A DNA stretch of 64,000 nt from an uncultured Candidatus Saccharibacteria bacterium. Lineage in GTDB: Bacteria; Patescibacteriota; Minisyncoccia; Phycocordibacterales; PALSA-1337. Made by a program: the position numbers and the translations under genes. Below the pieces are notes generated by a model, which was not told the DNA's origin, searched no databases, and was given only the letters and a program-made list of their open reading frames with translations. Where the stretch lies: assembly GCA_964529025.1 (NCBI GenBank), contig CAZGUZ010000004.1, positions 4,805 through 68,804 of the forward strand, in the 5' to 3' direction. Shown here in pieces: positions 9,285 to 19,882 of the stretch; position 1 is the stretch's first letter, and every line of letters starts with the position of its first letter.

Positions 9285-10466
9285 TTATGGCAAAAATTGT
9301 TTGATCCAAGCAATGAGGTTATTTTTAAACTTACGAGCCGTAATAAGACCTGTAGAAAGCGAAGGTCCTTGTTCTGCATTAAGACCAAGAATACAGAGCC
9401 CGTAAGCTACTGCCCATGTTGTATCGTGCTCAATTTCGCGAGTTTCGCGCGAAAGGGGCATTTCGCCACGGCGAGCAGGTAGTTTAAGTGTTGTACGCGC
9501 CATTTCTTCAATGCCGTTAATGTATGAGCCGCCACCAATAAGGACAATTCCTGCGGGTAATAAGCCATTACGATGAAGTTTTTTGAGGTGATTTTCAATA
9601 GCGTCAAAAATGTCGCCTGCGCGAGCTTGAATAATATCTTCGAGCTTTTTGCGCGGATAAGCAGTGCTTGTAATTGTGCCGATTTTAATGTGCTCAGCTT
9701 CTTCGAGTGAAACTTTAAGGCCAAGAGCAATATCGTTAGTAATATCGGTTGAACCAAGAGCAAAAACTTCGAGTGATACGGGTATATTATTTTCAAAAAC
9801 AGCAATAGAAGTCGTTTCGGCGCCAATATTTGCAAGAACACACCCTGCAATCTTTTGTGTTTTTGAAAGCGTAATAAAGCTTGAAGCAAGTGGTGCTGCC
9901 ATAACATCAATAACTTCAACACCAGCGCCCTCAATGACAGAAATAATTTCATTTACATGTGCTTCGAGGCATGCTATATAGAGCATTTTGACTTCGAGTC
10001 GATGAGTTTTCATTCCCTCAATCTTTCCGAGGGCTTGTTTGCCGTCGAGTGTGTACGAAAGGGGTATGCTATGAAGAATTTTATGATTAAGCGATAGGGC
10101 AGAAGGAATAGCTTGTTCGCAAGCTTCGTGTGACTTTTCTATATCGAGGGCTGTTATTTCGCTATCAGCTCGAGAAATAATTGCGGCTCCAGTTGCAGTA
10201 AAAGACGTTAGGCCAACTCCGCCTACCGAAACATATGCTCGTGAAATTTTTCTATCAATGCGTTTTTCTGCTTCGCGAAGGGCAATGCGGACCGAACGAA
10301 CAGTTTCTTCTGGATTTTGTATATAACCGTGTCGTACTCCTCGAGACTCAACAGCAACACTTGCAAGAATAGTAGGTAAAGCAGAAGAGCGCTGTTGTTC
10401 TTCTGCTACAACCACTTTTACATGGTGAGTTCCAATATCAATACCTGTAACGATGTGTCGAGCCAT
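9285..10466 (-). CDS. ftsA: Cell division protein FtsA
   Basis: GIDIGT..VKVVV actin-like motif, ITNDIA; upstream of ftsZ. Confidence 0.95.
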   Translation of the reverse strand: MARHIVTGIDIGTHHVKVVVAEEQQRSSALPTILASVAVESRGVRHGYIQNPEETVRSVRIALREAEKRIDRKISRAYVSVGGVGLTSFTATGAAIISRADSEITALDIEKSHEACEQAIPSALSLNHKILHSIPLSYTLDGKQALGKIEGMKTHRLEVKMLYIACLEAHVNEIISVIEGAGVEVIDVMAAPLASSFITLSKTQKIAGCVLANIGAETTSIAVFENNIPVSLEVFALGSTDITNDIALGLKVSLEEAEHIKIGTITSTAYPRKKLEDIIQARAGDIFDAIENHLKKLHRNGLLPAGIVLIGGGSYINGIEEMARTTLKLPARRGEMPLSRETREIEHDTTWAVAYGLCILGLNAEQGPSLSTGLITARKFKNNLIAWIKQFLP

Positions 10467-10513
10467 ATGAGCTAAAGCCGAATGCATGCAGATATAAATG
10501 TCGTATTCGACAC

Positions 10514-10900
10514 TTATATACCAAAACGAGTGCGTAATTCAGCTTCAATACTCTCCATTGTACTACCATGATCGAATCCCTTCAAATGGACACAACCGTG
10601 GATAAACAAAAAGGCAAAGAAATTATCGTAAGGGCGGTCAAATTTATGAGCTTCTTTCTCGGCGAGTTCGGGGTTGATGTAGATTTCTCCGGCAGATTCA
10701 GAAATGGGAAAACTCAAAATGTCTGTGGGCTCATCTTTACCGCGGTATGCTTTATTAAGATCATGAATTCTTTGTTTATCAACAATAACTAAAGAAAGGT
10801 CGTAGTTTTCGCCAAGAGCAGCATCTTTAATGTCGGCAAAAGCCACGCGGGGAAGCGTGGCTTTTGTTTCGTTATGGATTCTGAATGAATCATTATCCAT
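10514..10900 (-). CDS. ybeY: rRNA maturation endoribonuclease YbeY
   Basis: LNKAYRGKDEPTDILSF and HGCVHLKGFDH motifs. Confidence 0.95.
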   Translation of the reverse strand: MDNDSFRIHNETKATLPRVAFADIKDAALGENYDLSLVIVDKQRIHDLNKAYRGKDEPTDILSFPISESAGEIYINPELAEKEAHKFDRPYDNFFAFLFIHGCVHLKGFDHGSTMESIEAELRTRFGI

Positions 10901-10911
10901 TATAGAGTAGA

Positions 10912-11148
10912 TTAGCGAGCTCGCTTATCTGTCATTTTACCAAGCTTGATGAGCTCTGCAATTTCAGCTTTTCGGCGGAGTGACTTAAGAGTTTTTTGCT
11001 TAGTTTTGTAGTGTGACAACTGACGCTCTGCATATCGAATGCCGCGTACTCGTGGGAGCACTCCAGAACCTTGAACTTTCTTAGTAAAACGGCGGATGAG
11101 GCTCGTTGCGTTCTCGTGTGAATTTCGTGATACTTCTACGTTTATCAT
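10912..11148 (-). CDS. rpsU: 30S ribosomal protein S21-like
   Basis: VEV...ENATSLIRRFTKKVQGSGVL, basic 78 aa. Confidence 0.7.
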   Translation of the reverse strand: MINVEVSRNSHENATSLIRRFTKKVQGSGVLPRVRGIRYAERQLSHYKTKQKTLKSLRRKAEIAELIKLGKMTDKRAR

Positions 11149-11169
11149 GGGATGTATGTTACCACACGG

Positions 11170-12456
11170 CTAATTATTTCGCAAGGATTCTCCGAGTTTT
11201 TTCATATATGCCGTTAAATTGTCAAAAAGAACGGCCTCTTGTGAGCGAGTTTTTGAGTCTCGCACCAAGACTGACTTTTCTACGGCTTCTTTCTTGCCCA
11301 TGATAATTGTATAAGGAAGATCGAGCTTTTCTGCGTGAGATACCTGTGCACCAAGCTTATCCTTAGGGAGTGATTGGTAGAGCGGTATTTTTGCATTTCG
11401 CAAGATTTCAATTACATGCAAAGAAAGGAGTTTTGCTTCGAAGCCGAGCTGAATAAAGTATACCCAAGGTTTCTTAGTTTTAAGGAGTGGTTTTCGTAGG
11501 ACTGGGTCTGAACCTTTAATAAGGAGCGATAGACCAACGCCGGGTATATCTTTTTTGGCCCCAACTTTTTTAGAAAGGCCATCGTAGCGAACCCCAACTG
11601 CAAGTGTTCTATTGCCTTTAGATTTCTTAGTGTCGTAATCAAGGTCGACGATTTCGAATATTGTTTCTGAACAATATTTTCGGTTACCAATGAGTGCATT
11701 GTTAATTTTATACGGTATACCGAGTGTTTCAAGGAATTCGAGCACTTCGCGGAAATGGTTGCGACTCGCTTCAGACAAAAATGACATTGATTTAGGAGCA
11801 AGGGAATTGATTTCTTTGCAGTACGAAGCAGTGCTTGTGACAAGCTCGAAAGGGTCACGTTTAAAAATCTGGCGCGCTTCGGGAGTCATGCTATTGATGT
11901 GTTTGCGGTAGTAGTTGGTGAGTTCGCGAGTGAAACGAGCGAGCGAATCCTTGTCTCCAACACTGTTGATTTCGACACCTATATTGGCATAACCTTCTTC
12001 GGCAAGCATCATACGAGCAGTTTGAATCAAGGTTGCTTCTGCAACACTGCGTGTGCTACCGATAATTTCGAGGTCTGCATATCGTGGATATGAACCTTTT
12101 TTACTTGATTCGCGTTGTATGTGCTGAGCGCTTGCTTTAATTGGCTCTGCAAAATACAGCATAAGAGGCTGAGACTGGCTGTACATATCCTCTTCATCAT
12201 ACATACGGAGTAGGGCTACTTTTTCTTCAACATGGAGGGGTAATTTAATTTCATCATGTTCAGTTGTTCCAACAAAATCACCCTCGGCAAATTCTTCTGA
12301 GGTTTTAATGTCATCTTTAGTAACGGTTGGTGTGGCGTGTGGCACAAAACCGTAGTACAAAGGTATTTCACCGATTTTATCGAGATTTTTCCACTCTAGT
12401 ATTGAAGGATTCTTCTCTTTCTTAAACTGAGACGCTTTATTTTTTTGAGGTGTCAT
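11170..12456 (-). CDS. Degenerate histidyl-tRNA synthetase paralog (HisZ-like body plus anticodon-binding domain)
   Basis: EINSVGD, GVRYDGL and a C-terminal HGTP anticodon domain; canonical LRPE and motif-2 residues absent. Confidence 0.7.
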   Translation of the reverse strand: MTPQKNKASQFKKEKNPSILEWKNLDKIGEIPLYYGFVPHATPTVTKDDIKTSEEFAEGDFVGTTEHDEIKLPLHVEEKVALLRMYDEEDMYSQSQPLMLYFAEPIKASAQHIQRESSKKGSYPRYADLEIIGSTRSVAEATLIQTARMMLAEEGYANIGVEINSVGDKDSLARFTRELTNYYRKHINSMTPEARQIFKRDPFELVTSTASYCKEINSLAPKSMSFLSEASRNHFREVLEFLETLGIPYKINNALIGNRKYCSETIFEIVDLDYDTKKSKGNRTLAVGVRYDGLSKKVGAKKDIPGVGLSLLIKGSDPVLRKPLLKTKKPWVYFIQLGFEAKLLSLHVIEILRNAKIPLYQSLPKDKLGAQVSHAEKLDLPYTIIMGKKEAVEKSVLVRDSKTRSQEAVLFDNLTAYMKKLGESLRNN

Positions 12457-12489
12457 ACGTTAATGTATTAGTACTGGGTCCTAAATAAT

Positions 12490-13089
12490 TTATTCAATAG
12501 AATCTGTTCCAGGGAAAAGCGATAGCGAACCAAGAGGGAAAAGACGCACAAGTGGCCTGCCAACGATTAGATCTCGAGGTAAAGCGCCCCAAGCACGAGA
12601 GTCTGAACTTTGAATGCGATTATCACCCATCACAAAGTACTCGTCTTTATTGAGTGTTGATTCAAAAGAGTCATCGCCCTTATTGTCTGCAAAGACATAT
12701 GATTCAGGGAGAGCGAAACCCGCAGGGTTTTCGGGTGATTTTATGGTCACATTTCCATTTTTAATTTCAATAGTTTCACCAGGAAGACCGATGATTCTTT
12801 TAATAAAGAATGTGCGAGGCTCGCGAGGGTATTTAAGAATAACGACATCACCACGGTCAGGTTCACCAAAACGATATGACAATTGATCGACAATAAGGTA
12901 TTGCCCAGTTCTAAATGTTGGATCCATTGATGCACCATTTACAACGAATGGATGTATAACAAACATTCGTATAGGCAAAACAATAATTGCTGCTGTTACG
13001 ATAAACTTTAAAAATTCTTTCCAAAAGCTACTGCTCGGTTTTTGTTCGGCAGAAATTCCTGGTTGTGGTGATGTGTCAATGTCGTTCAT
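12490..13089 (-). CDS. lepB: Signal peptidase I
   Basis: GASMDPT, FIKRIIGLPG and GDNR..SSDSR motifs. Confidence 0.95.
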   Translation of the reverse strand: MNDIDTSPQPGISAEQKPSSSFWKEFLKFIVTAAIIVLPIRMFVIHPFVVNGASMDPTFRTGQYLIVDQLSYRFGEPDRGDVVILKYPREPRTFFIKRIIGLPGETIEIKNGNVTIKSPENPAGFALPESYVFADNKGDDSFESTLNKDEYFVMGDNRIQSSDSRAWGALPRDLIVGRPLVRLFPLGSLSLFPGTDSIE

Positions 13090-13152
13090 AATACTATTGT
13101 ACTCGGTATATGCACGTTGACACAAGAGAACGCTCCATGTCACACTTTGTAT

Positions 13153-13743
13153 ATGGCATATATAATCGTCGGTTTAGGAAATCCTGGACAAGAATACACG
13201 CAAACACGTCACAATACAGGGCGCATGCTCGTACAAAAAATTGTTGATAAGCTTGGTGGGGAATTTTCATATTCATCAAAAATTTATTCACAAATGGCAA
13301 CTGTAGAAATTGCCGGAGAAAACGTAAAATGCATTCTCCCCGACACTTTTATGAATAAATCGGGTAAAGCAGTTGCCCCTCTCATTAAAAGCCTTAAAGC
13401 AGCAGAAAAGCTTGTTGTTATCTACGACGATTTTCAATTGCCTCTTGGCACAACCCGCATGGCCTTTAACCGTAGTTCTGGCGGTCACAATGGTGTTGAA
13501 TCAATCATTAAAGCCCTTAAAACCGAAGCTTTTGTACGCATACGCATTGGCATTGGGGCAACAAAAGCAAGTGGTGCGGTTAAGGTGCTCAAAGGGGCAG
13601 AAGAAGTGGAAAAGTTTATCCTCGGTGGCTTTAAAAAAGAAGAATTAGAAAAAATTAATAAGCTTTCAAAGAAGGTAAACGAAGTTCTTGAGGTCTTTGT
13701 CGCTGAGGGGCGTGAAAAAGCAACCATGGTTTGTAACTCATAG
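13153..13743 (+). CDS. pth: Peptidyl-tRNA hydrolase
   Basis: VGLGNPG..Y..TRHNTG, TFMNKSG and GGHNGVESI motifs. Confidence 0.96.
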   Translation: MAYIIVGLGNPGQEYTQTRHNTGRMLVQKIVDKLGGEFSYSSKIYSQMATVEIAGENVKCILPDTFMNKSGKAVAPLIKSLKAAEKLVVIYDDFQLPLGTTRMAFNRSSGGHNGVESIIKALKTEAFVRIRIGIGATKASGAVKVLKGAEEVEKFILGGFKKEELEKINKLSKKVNEVLEVFVAEGREKATMVCNS

Positions 13744-13747
13744 TGAT

Positions 13748-13780
13748 AACAAAAAAGCGCCCTCGGGCGCTTTTTTGTTT
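13748..13780. terminator. Bidirectional intrinsic terminator between pth and rpsA
   Basis: AACAAAAAAGCGCC-CTCG-GGCGCTTTTTTGTT. Confidence 0.9.
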
Positions 13781-14984
13781 ACTTTGTTTTCTCTACGAAA
13801 GAGAGAGCCATCTTTTGTTCCTTAGGATCAAAGAGAGTGATCTTAAACTGGTATTTTTTACCAAGTTCAAGCTTAGCTCGAAGCTTTTCTTCATTACCAA
13901 ATTCTGAAATGTGCACAAGACCGGCAATTCCTTCTTCTACTGAAGCAAGAGCACCATGCTTATTGTACTTAATGATAACACCTTCAACGATTTTATCTTT
14001 TTTGTACTTAGCTGTTGCGCTATTCCAAGGGTTTTCCTTAAGAGCCTTGATAGAAAGAGAGATTTTACCTTCTTTGATTTCAATAACCTTAACCTTGATC
14101 TTTTGTCCTACCTTAAAGAGAAGGCGAGGATCTTCAACGAGTGACCAGTCAATTTCTGAAATGTGAACAAGTCCTTCAAGGCCGTCTTCGATCTTAATGA
14201 AGACACCGAAGTCTACGATACCTGTAACTGTTCCTTCTACTTCATCATCAACCTTGTATTTGCCGATAATTTTATCTTTATCCTTATCAGTTGGGCTCTT
14301 TTCAGAGAAAATGAGCTTTCCTTCTTTAGGATTAGCAGAAATAATTGTGACAGAAATCTTTTGACCTACAAGCTTTCGAAGTTCTTCAAGAATTTTGTCT
14401 TTATCGCCATCAGCAACTCGAGGATAGTGTTCTACCTTAAGCTGTGAAGCAGGAAGGAATCCTGAAATTCCTTGCCAACCGATAATAAGACCACCTTTAT
14501 TTGCTTCAAGAACTGGAAGTTCAAGAATAGCCTTAGATTTAATTGCTTCTTCGGCTTCGTTCCAAATAAGAGCTTGTCGAGCTTCTTTAAGAGAAAGTTC
14601 GATATAGCCTTCTTTATTGTTAAGATCAGTTACTTTTGCTGCAATAGCGTCGCCAGCATTAAGTTTTTTAACGATATCACGAGCAGTAATGTATTCACGA
14701 CCGTAAATGATACCTGTTCCGAATGGTGCCAAGTCTACGTATACTGCTGACTTGTCGATACCAATAACTGGTCCTTCAACAACATCACCAACAATTGGAG
14801 GGTTTTTTGAGTCCTCAATAAACTTATTCATGATGCTGTTCTTCTTTGAGAGAGATTTTTCATCCTCAACAATTGGAGCAGCGGCCTTTTTAGCCTTAGC
14901 TGGCTTTGCAGTTGCTGTAGTTTCAAGAGTTTCCTCTACCTTTTCTACAGCTCCAGCAAGAGCATCTTTGATTTTTTTAAGCAT
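13779..14984 (-). CDS. rpsA: 30S ribosomal protein S1
   Basis: Four S1 repeats (NKGGL..GFLPASQL, GLVHISEI, GLVHISEF). Confidence 0.93.
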   Translation of the reverse strand: MLKKIKDALAGAVEKVEETLETTATAKPAKAKKAAAPIVEDEKSLSKKNSIMNKFIEDSKNPPIVGDVVEGPVIGIDKSAVYVDLAPFGTGIIYGREYITARDIVKKLNAGDAIAAKVTDLNNKEGYIELSLKEARQALIWNEAEEAIKSKAILELPVLEANKGGLIIGWQGISGFLPASQLKVEHYPRVADGDKDKILEELRKLVGQKISVTIISANPKEGKLIFSEKSPTDKDKDKIIGKYKVDDEVEGTVTGIVDFGVFIKIEDGLEGLVHISEIDWSLVEDPRLLFKVGQKIKVKVIEIKEGKISLSIKALKENPWNSATAKYKKDKIVEGVIIKYNKHGALASVEEGIAGLVHISEFGNEEKLRAKLELGKKYQFKITLFDPKEQKMALSFVEKTK

Positions 14985-15098
14985 TTGTTATGTCCGCAAG
15001 ACCCGCTTTTTAGTTAATAAATACACATAATGTGCGCCAGTGCGGGGTTCCTTGGGATATTAATAGAGCACAAATACACACACGGCAAAGCCGTAGCC

Positions 15099-15836
15099 CT
15101 ACATTAGCTTATTTATGGGCGTATGTAAAGGGTTTTTGGCAAAATATGCTACCCAATATTTACGCTTATAACGGCGGTCATGCACCTTTGTATAATGAGT
15201 TTCGGAATCAAGGTGTACACATGTAAAACCAGCCTCTAAATAAGTCGTCTCAAGATCTTTTTTGCTAAATACTCGCTCTGCATGGCGAGTCTCGGGCAAT
15301 ATATACATATCTTTTTCCGGCCCTGGGGATAATGTTAAGAGCTTTTTTGCGTGTTCATCGCCATCTTTTGAAAGGGTGCGCACAAGGATTCGAGCTTCTG
15401 GCTTAAGGATTCTATAGAGCTCATTGAGAAAAGCTGTTCTTTCGGGGGTCGTTAATGAATTTGTTGTTGTAACATCAAGAGCTATATCAAAAGAAGCATC
15501 TTTATAAGGTAGCTTTGGACTTGGTATACAGGTATCAATTTTAAAGGTGAGCTGTGGAGAGGGAATACCGCGACGTTCTTGCTCGGCTTGTGCATAAGAA
15601 ATTGCTGTTTTTGATATATCAAAACCAAAGCATGATTGAATTCCGTGTTCAATTGCGTAAAAACTGTTCTTTCCATTGCCACAACCGATATCGATAAGGC
15701 TGCAATTTTCAAGATTAAAACCTTGATCGCGACGAATCCAGCGAATAAAGTCTTTAACACTTACCTGAGGTTCGTAACTGAGGGTTACGAGGGATCCTTT
15801 TTTGTATTCTTGCTCCCATGCATCACTATTCTTCAT
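15099..15836 (-). CDS. Class I SAM-dependent methyltransferase
   Basis: IDIGCGNGKN, GFDIS and FDIALD motifs. Confidence 0.85.
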   Translation of the reverse strand: MKNSDAWEQEYKKGSLVTLSYEPQVSVKDFIRWIRRDQGFNLENCSLIDIGCGNGKNSFYAIEHGIQSCFGFDISKTAISYAQAEQERRGIPSPQLTFKIDTCIPSPKLPYKDASFDIALDVTTTNSLTTPERTAFLNELYRILKPEARILVRTLSKDGDEHAKKLLTLSPGPEKDMYILPETRHAERVFSKKDLETTYLEAGFTCVHLDSETHYTKVHDRRYKRKYWVAYFAKNPLHTPINKLM

Positions 15837-15881
15837 ACCTGTACAGTAGCATGAGTTTGGCATGTTTGGTATAATTGACTC

Positions 15882-16520
15882 ATGATTATTACGTACCAAG
15901 GCGCAGAATTTTTCCGCATTCAATTCGGTGACATCACTCTTGCAGTAAACCCTGTATCAAAAGAGTCAAAATTACCCCAATCACGATTTGGTGCCGATAT
16001 CGTACTTTCTTCACTCCATCATGTTGATATGAATGGTGTCGATATGGTTACTCATGGCGAAAGAGTACCTTTTTCAATTAACGGCCCTGGCGAGTACGAA
16101 GTTAAAGAGGTCTTCATTAAAGGCTTTGCTTCTGAATCCATGTATGGTGGTTCTGAACTCATTAATACCATATACAAAGTCGAGCTCGAAGGCATGAACC
16201 TTTGTTTTTTGGGCGGTATTGTAAACCCAGAAATTAAACCCGAAGTTACCGAAGAACTCGGCGAAATCGACATTCTATTCTTACCTATCGGTGGGCAGGG
16301 TGTACTTGATGCTGCAAAGGCATATAAATTAGCTGTTTCTCTTGCCCCTAAAATTATTATTCCAAATCATTTCGGTGATATCGGTGATTCACAAGCTCTT
16401 AAAGCCTTTCTTAAAGAAGCTGGTGTAAATCCTGACCCACTCCCTAAGCTCACCCTTAAAAAGAAAGATCTTGAAGGCAAAGAGGGTGACGTTATCGTTC
16501 TTGAATCATCAAAAGAATAA
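15882..16520 (+). CDS. MBL-fold metallo-hydrolase (Lactamase_B_3-like)
   Basis: GPGEYEVK, IDILFLPIGG and PKIIIPNHF motifs. Confidence 0.8.
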   Translation: MIITYQGAEFFRIQFGDITLAVNPVSKESKLPQSRFGADIVLSSLHHVDMNGVDMVTHGERVPFSINGPGEYEVKEVFIKGFASESMYGGSELINTIYKVELEGMNLCFLGGIVNPEIKPEVTEELGEIDILFLPIGGQGVLDAAKAYKLAVSLAPKIIIPNHFGDIGDSQALKAFLKEAGVNPDPLPKLTLKKKDLEGKEGDVIVLESSKE

Positions 16521-16521
16521 T

Positions 16522-16854
16522 ATGCGCCACCATATTGAAAAAATTCGACAGCAACCAGAACATGTACGCCACATCATAGCGTATACAGTTTCAGGTGTCT
16601 GCACCATTGCACTTTTTGCTGTTTGGTTTTCAAGTTTGTCAGATTTTTCACAAAAGCCGGTAAATCAATTTGCTGTACAAAAGGTACAGCAACAAAAAGT
16701 TGAGACTCTCAAAACTCCTTGGCAAACTGCTACAGCAAATATGGCAAATGCTTTTGAAAGCGTTAGGGGTATAACCCAGTATGTTGAAAGTGCTTTTGGT
16801 AAAGCAGAAACATATACAGCACCACCGCAATATGTTGAAGTCATTGCAAAGTAA
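16522..16854 (+). CDS. Hypothetical single-pass membrane protein
   Basis: IEKIRQQPEHVRH followed by a TM helix; operonic with gyrA. Confidence 0.65.
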   Translation: MRHHIEKIRQQPEHVRHIIAYTVSGVCTIALFAVWFSSLSDFSQKPVNQFAVQKVQQQKVETLKTPWQTATANMANAFESVRGITQYVESAFGKAETYTAPPQYVEVIAK

Positions 16855-16875
16855 TACTTAATAACCGATACCACT

Positions 16876-19353
16876 ATGGCAAAAGATAATTCAAAGAAAA
16901 AAGAAGAAATAGTTGCAGCTCCCGAAGAGCGACTCAGTATCGTACCTCGTAGTATTACTACAGAAATGCGTGAAGCATATCTTGACTATGCTATGTCAGT
17001 TATTACTTCGCGTGCTTTGCCTGATATTCGCGACGGCCTTAAGCCGGTGCACCGCCGTATTCTTTTTGCAATGTTTGAAAAAGGCCTTACTGCGTCTGCA
17101 AAGTTTCGTAAGTCTTCCGTAGTGGTCGGAGACGTGCTCGGTAACTATCACCCACACGGCGACGTTGCCGTGTATGAATCTATGGTGCAAATGGCGCAAG
17201 ACTTTAAAATGCGCTATCCACTGGTGCAGGGACAGGGTAACTTTGGTAGTGTTGACGGTGACTCTGCTGCTGCTATGCGATATACCGAAGCCCGCATGTC
17301 AAAAGTAGCTGCTGAATTGCTCCGTGATATTGAAAAAGCTACCGTCGATTTTAGACCAAACTATGACGGTACTCGTAATGAGCCAACAGTATTGCCAACA
17401 GCTGTACCAAACCTTCTTTTAAACGGTACTCTGGGTATTGCTGTGGGTATGGCAACAAACATTGCCCCTCACAATTTGCGCGAAGTAGTAGAAGCAACAA
17501 ATTATTTTGTGGATAATCCTGATGCAACAAACGAAGATTTACTTAAAATCGTTAAGGGTCCAGATTTTCCTACAGGAGCAATAATGTATGGCGAAAAAGA
17601 TATTCACCATGCATATTCAACAGGCCGTGGTGGTATTGTGGTGCGCGGCGAGGCCGAAATTATCGAAGACAAAAAAGGCCAGTATCAAATCATCATTTCA
17701 TCGATTCCATACCGCGTTAATAAATCAGATCTTATTATGAAGATGGCTGATTTAGTTCGCGATAAAGTTATCGAAGGTATTCGCACACTCCGCGATGAAT
17801 CTGATAAAGAGACTCGCATTGTTATTGAACTCAAACAAGGAGCTCACCCAGAAAAGACTCTTAACCTTTTGTATAAGCACACCCAGCTCGAAGATACTTT
17901 CCATGTAAACATGGTGGCTCTTGTTAACGGCGTACCACAAACAGTTTCTCTTAAAACATTTATTGAAGAGTTCATAAGTCATAGACTCGAGGTTATTCGT
18001 CGTCGAACTCAATTTGACTTAACTAAAGCCGAAGATCGCGAACATATCCTTTTAGGTCTCAAAAAGGCTCTTGATCATATTGATGAAATTATTACTTTGA
18101 TTCGTGAGTCAAAAGATGCTGTTGCTGCACATGCTAATTTGATGAAAAAGTTCAAGTTTTCAGAGCGACAAGCAACCGCTATTCTTGAAATGCGTTTGCA
18201 AAAGCTTGCCGGCCTTGAGCGCAAAAAGGTTCTTGATGAATTGGCACAAGTTCAAGAGCTCATTGTTGAACTCAAATCTATTTTGGGTAGCGAAAAGAAA
18301 ATGCGTAGCATTATCAAAGCAGAACTCACTGAAATTTCTGCACGATACGGTGATGAGCGTCGAACAAAAATTGTTCGCCACGGTGTTAAAGAATTCTCTG
18401 CCGAGGATCTTATTCCCGATGAAGAAAGTGTTCTTGTCCTAACTAAGGGCGGCTATATTAAGCGAACAAGTCCTGATGAATACCGCAAACAAAAGCGTGG
18501 TGGTGTAGGGGTTGTTGATCTTGATACAAAAGATGATGACTTCATAACTCACCTTGTAAATGCTACAACGCATAGTGATTTGCTCTTTTTCTCTGATAAG
18601 GGTAAAGCATATCAAATTAAAATGTATGATATTCCCGAGGGTAAGCGCGCAACTCGTGGTAAATCAATCATGAACTTCCTTTCTCTTTCAGATGGCGAAA
18701 AGGTAACATCGATTTTGCCAATGCCAAAGGATAAAAAGACAGCCGAAAACCTAGCTCTCTTTATGGTGACACGACAGGGAACAGGTAAAAAGACTGGGGC
18801 TTCACAATTTAAAGAAGTTCGTCGATCTGGCCTCATTGCAATTACACTTGATGATGGTGATGAGCTTATGTCAGTACAGTTTGTAACTAAGGGTGATGAT
18901 GTTGTTATTGTTACTTCAGAAGGCCAATCAATTCGCTTTACCGAAGATGATGTTCGCGAAATGGGTCGCGGAGCAGCTGGTGTTCGTGTGGTAAAACTCG
19001 GAAAAGGTGATGCTGTTATTAGCGCAGATGCAGTATCAAAGAATGATGAAAAACCAATGCTCTTCGTTATGTCTGCAAATGGCTACGGAAAGCAAACATC
19101 ACTCGATGAATACAAAGTGCAAGGCCGAGGAGGCAGTGGTATTCTTACTATGAATGTTACGGCAAAGACAGGTGCAGTTATTTCGGCCAAGGTTGTTACT
19201 CCAGAACATACAGAAGTCGTAGCTATGTCAAAGAAGAGTCAGGTTGTGCGTGTTGATTTAAGTGAAATTCCTACACTTGGACGCGGAACACAAGGCGTTC
19301 GCGTAATGAAACTCCGAGATGGGGATTCCTTGGCTTCTCTGATTACCATATAG
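16876..19353 (+). CDS. gyrA: DNA gyrase subunit A
   Basis: [30 protein letters not shown], GyrA-box QKRGGVG, C-terminal pinwheel repeats. Confidence 0.98.
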   Translation: MAKDNSKKKEEIVAAPEERLSIVPRSITTEMREAYLDYAMSVITSRALPDIRDGLKPVHRRILFAMFEKGLTASAKFRKSSVVVGDVLGNYHPHGDVAVYESMVQMAQDFKMRYPLVQGQGNFGSVDGDSAAAMRYTEARMSKVAAELLRDIEKATVDFRPNYDGTRNEPTVLPTAVPNLLLNGTLGIAVGMATNIAPHNLREVVEATNYFVDNPDATNEDLLKIVKGPDFPTGAIMYGEKDIHHAYSTGRGGIVVRGEAEIIEDKKGQYQIIISSIPYRVNKSDLIMKMADLVRDKVIEGIRTLRDESDKETRIVIELKQGAHPEKTLNLLYKHTQLEDTFHVNMVALVNGVPQTVSLKTFIEEFISHRLEVIRRRTQFDLTKAEDREHILLGLKKALDHIDEIITLIRESKDAVAAHANLMKKFKFSERQATAILEMRLQKLAGLERKKVLDELAQVQELIVELKSILGSEKKMRSIIKAELTEISARYGDERRTKIVRHGVKEFSAEDLIPDEESVLVLTKGGYIKRTSPDEYRKQKRGGVGVVDLDTKDDDFITHLVNATTHSDLLFFSDKGKAYQIKMYDIPEGKRATRGKSIMNFLSLSDGEKVTSILPMPKDKKTAENLALFMVTRQGTGKKTGASQFKEVRRSGLIAITLDDGDELMSVQFVTKGDDVVIVTSEGQSIRFTEDDVREMGRGAAGVRVVKLGKGDAVISADAVSKNDEKPMLFVMSANGYGKQTSLDEYKVQGRGGSGILTMNVTAKTGAVISAKVVTPEHTEVVAMSKKSQVVRVDLSEIPTLGRGTQGVRVMKLRDGDSLASLITI

Positions 19354-19369
19354 ACAGTATACTGTAGGT

Positions 19370-19882
19370 ATGTTTTCTAATCCTACAGATAACTTACTCC
19401 AATTTGGAATTACCGAAGGAATGACGGTGGCTGATATTGGTGCGGGTAGTGGTCACTATGCACTTAAAGCAGCAGAACTTACTACGGGCAAAGTTTATGC
19501 TATTGATCTTATGCAAAATTTGCTCGATAAGATTAAAAGCGAAGCTGCTCATAAAAAGCTCGTAAATGTAGAAGTAATATGGGCAAATGCCGAAGAAATT
19601 GGCGGCACACGCTTGCGTGAAGCTTCTATTGATAGAGCTATTTCTTCAAACATTCTTTTTCAGCTCGAAAAGATTGATACATATTTACTTGAAATTAAGC
19701 GTATTCTTAAAAAGGGAGGTAAGCTTTTAATTATCGACTGGTCCGAAGCATCTTCTTTGAATTTATCCGAATTTGTGCCTAAAGATACAATTCTTGCCCA
19801 CCTTAAAAATACAGGTTTTGTGCTTGAGCAAAGTTTTAATGCCGGCGACCATCATTACGGTATAATTGCACAAAGAATATGA
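19370..19882 (+). CDS. Class I SAM-dependent methyltransferase
   Basis: VADIGAGSGHY, VYAID and LKKGGKLLIIDW motifs. Confidence 0.85.
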   Translation: MFSNPTDNLLQFGITEGMTVADIGAGSGHYALKAAELTTGKVYAIDLMQNLLDKIKSEAAHKKLVNVEVIWANAEEIGGTRLREASIDRAISSNILFQLEKIDTYLLEIKRILKKGGKLLIIDWSEASSLNLSEFVPKDTILAHLKNTGFVLEQSFNAGDHHYGIIAQRI

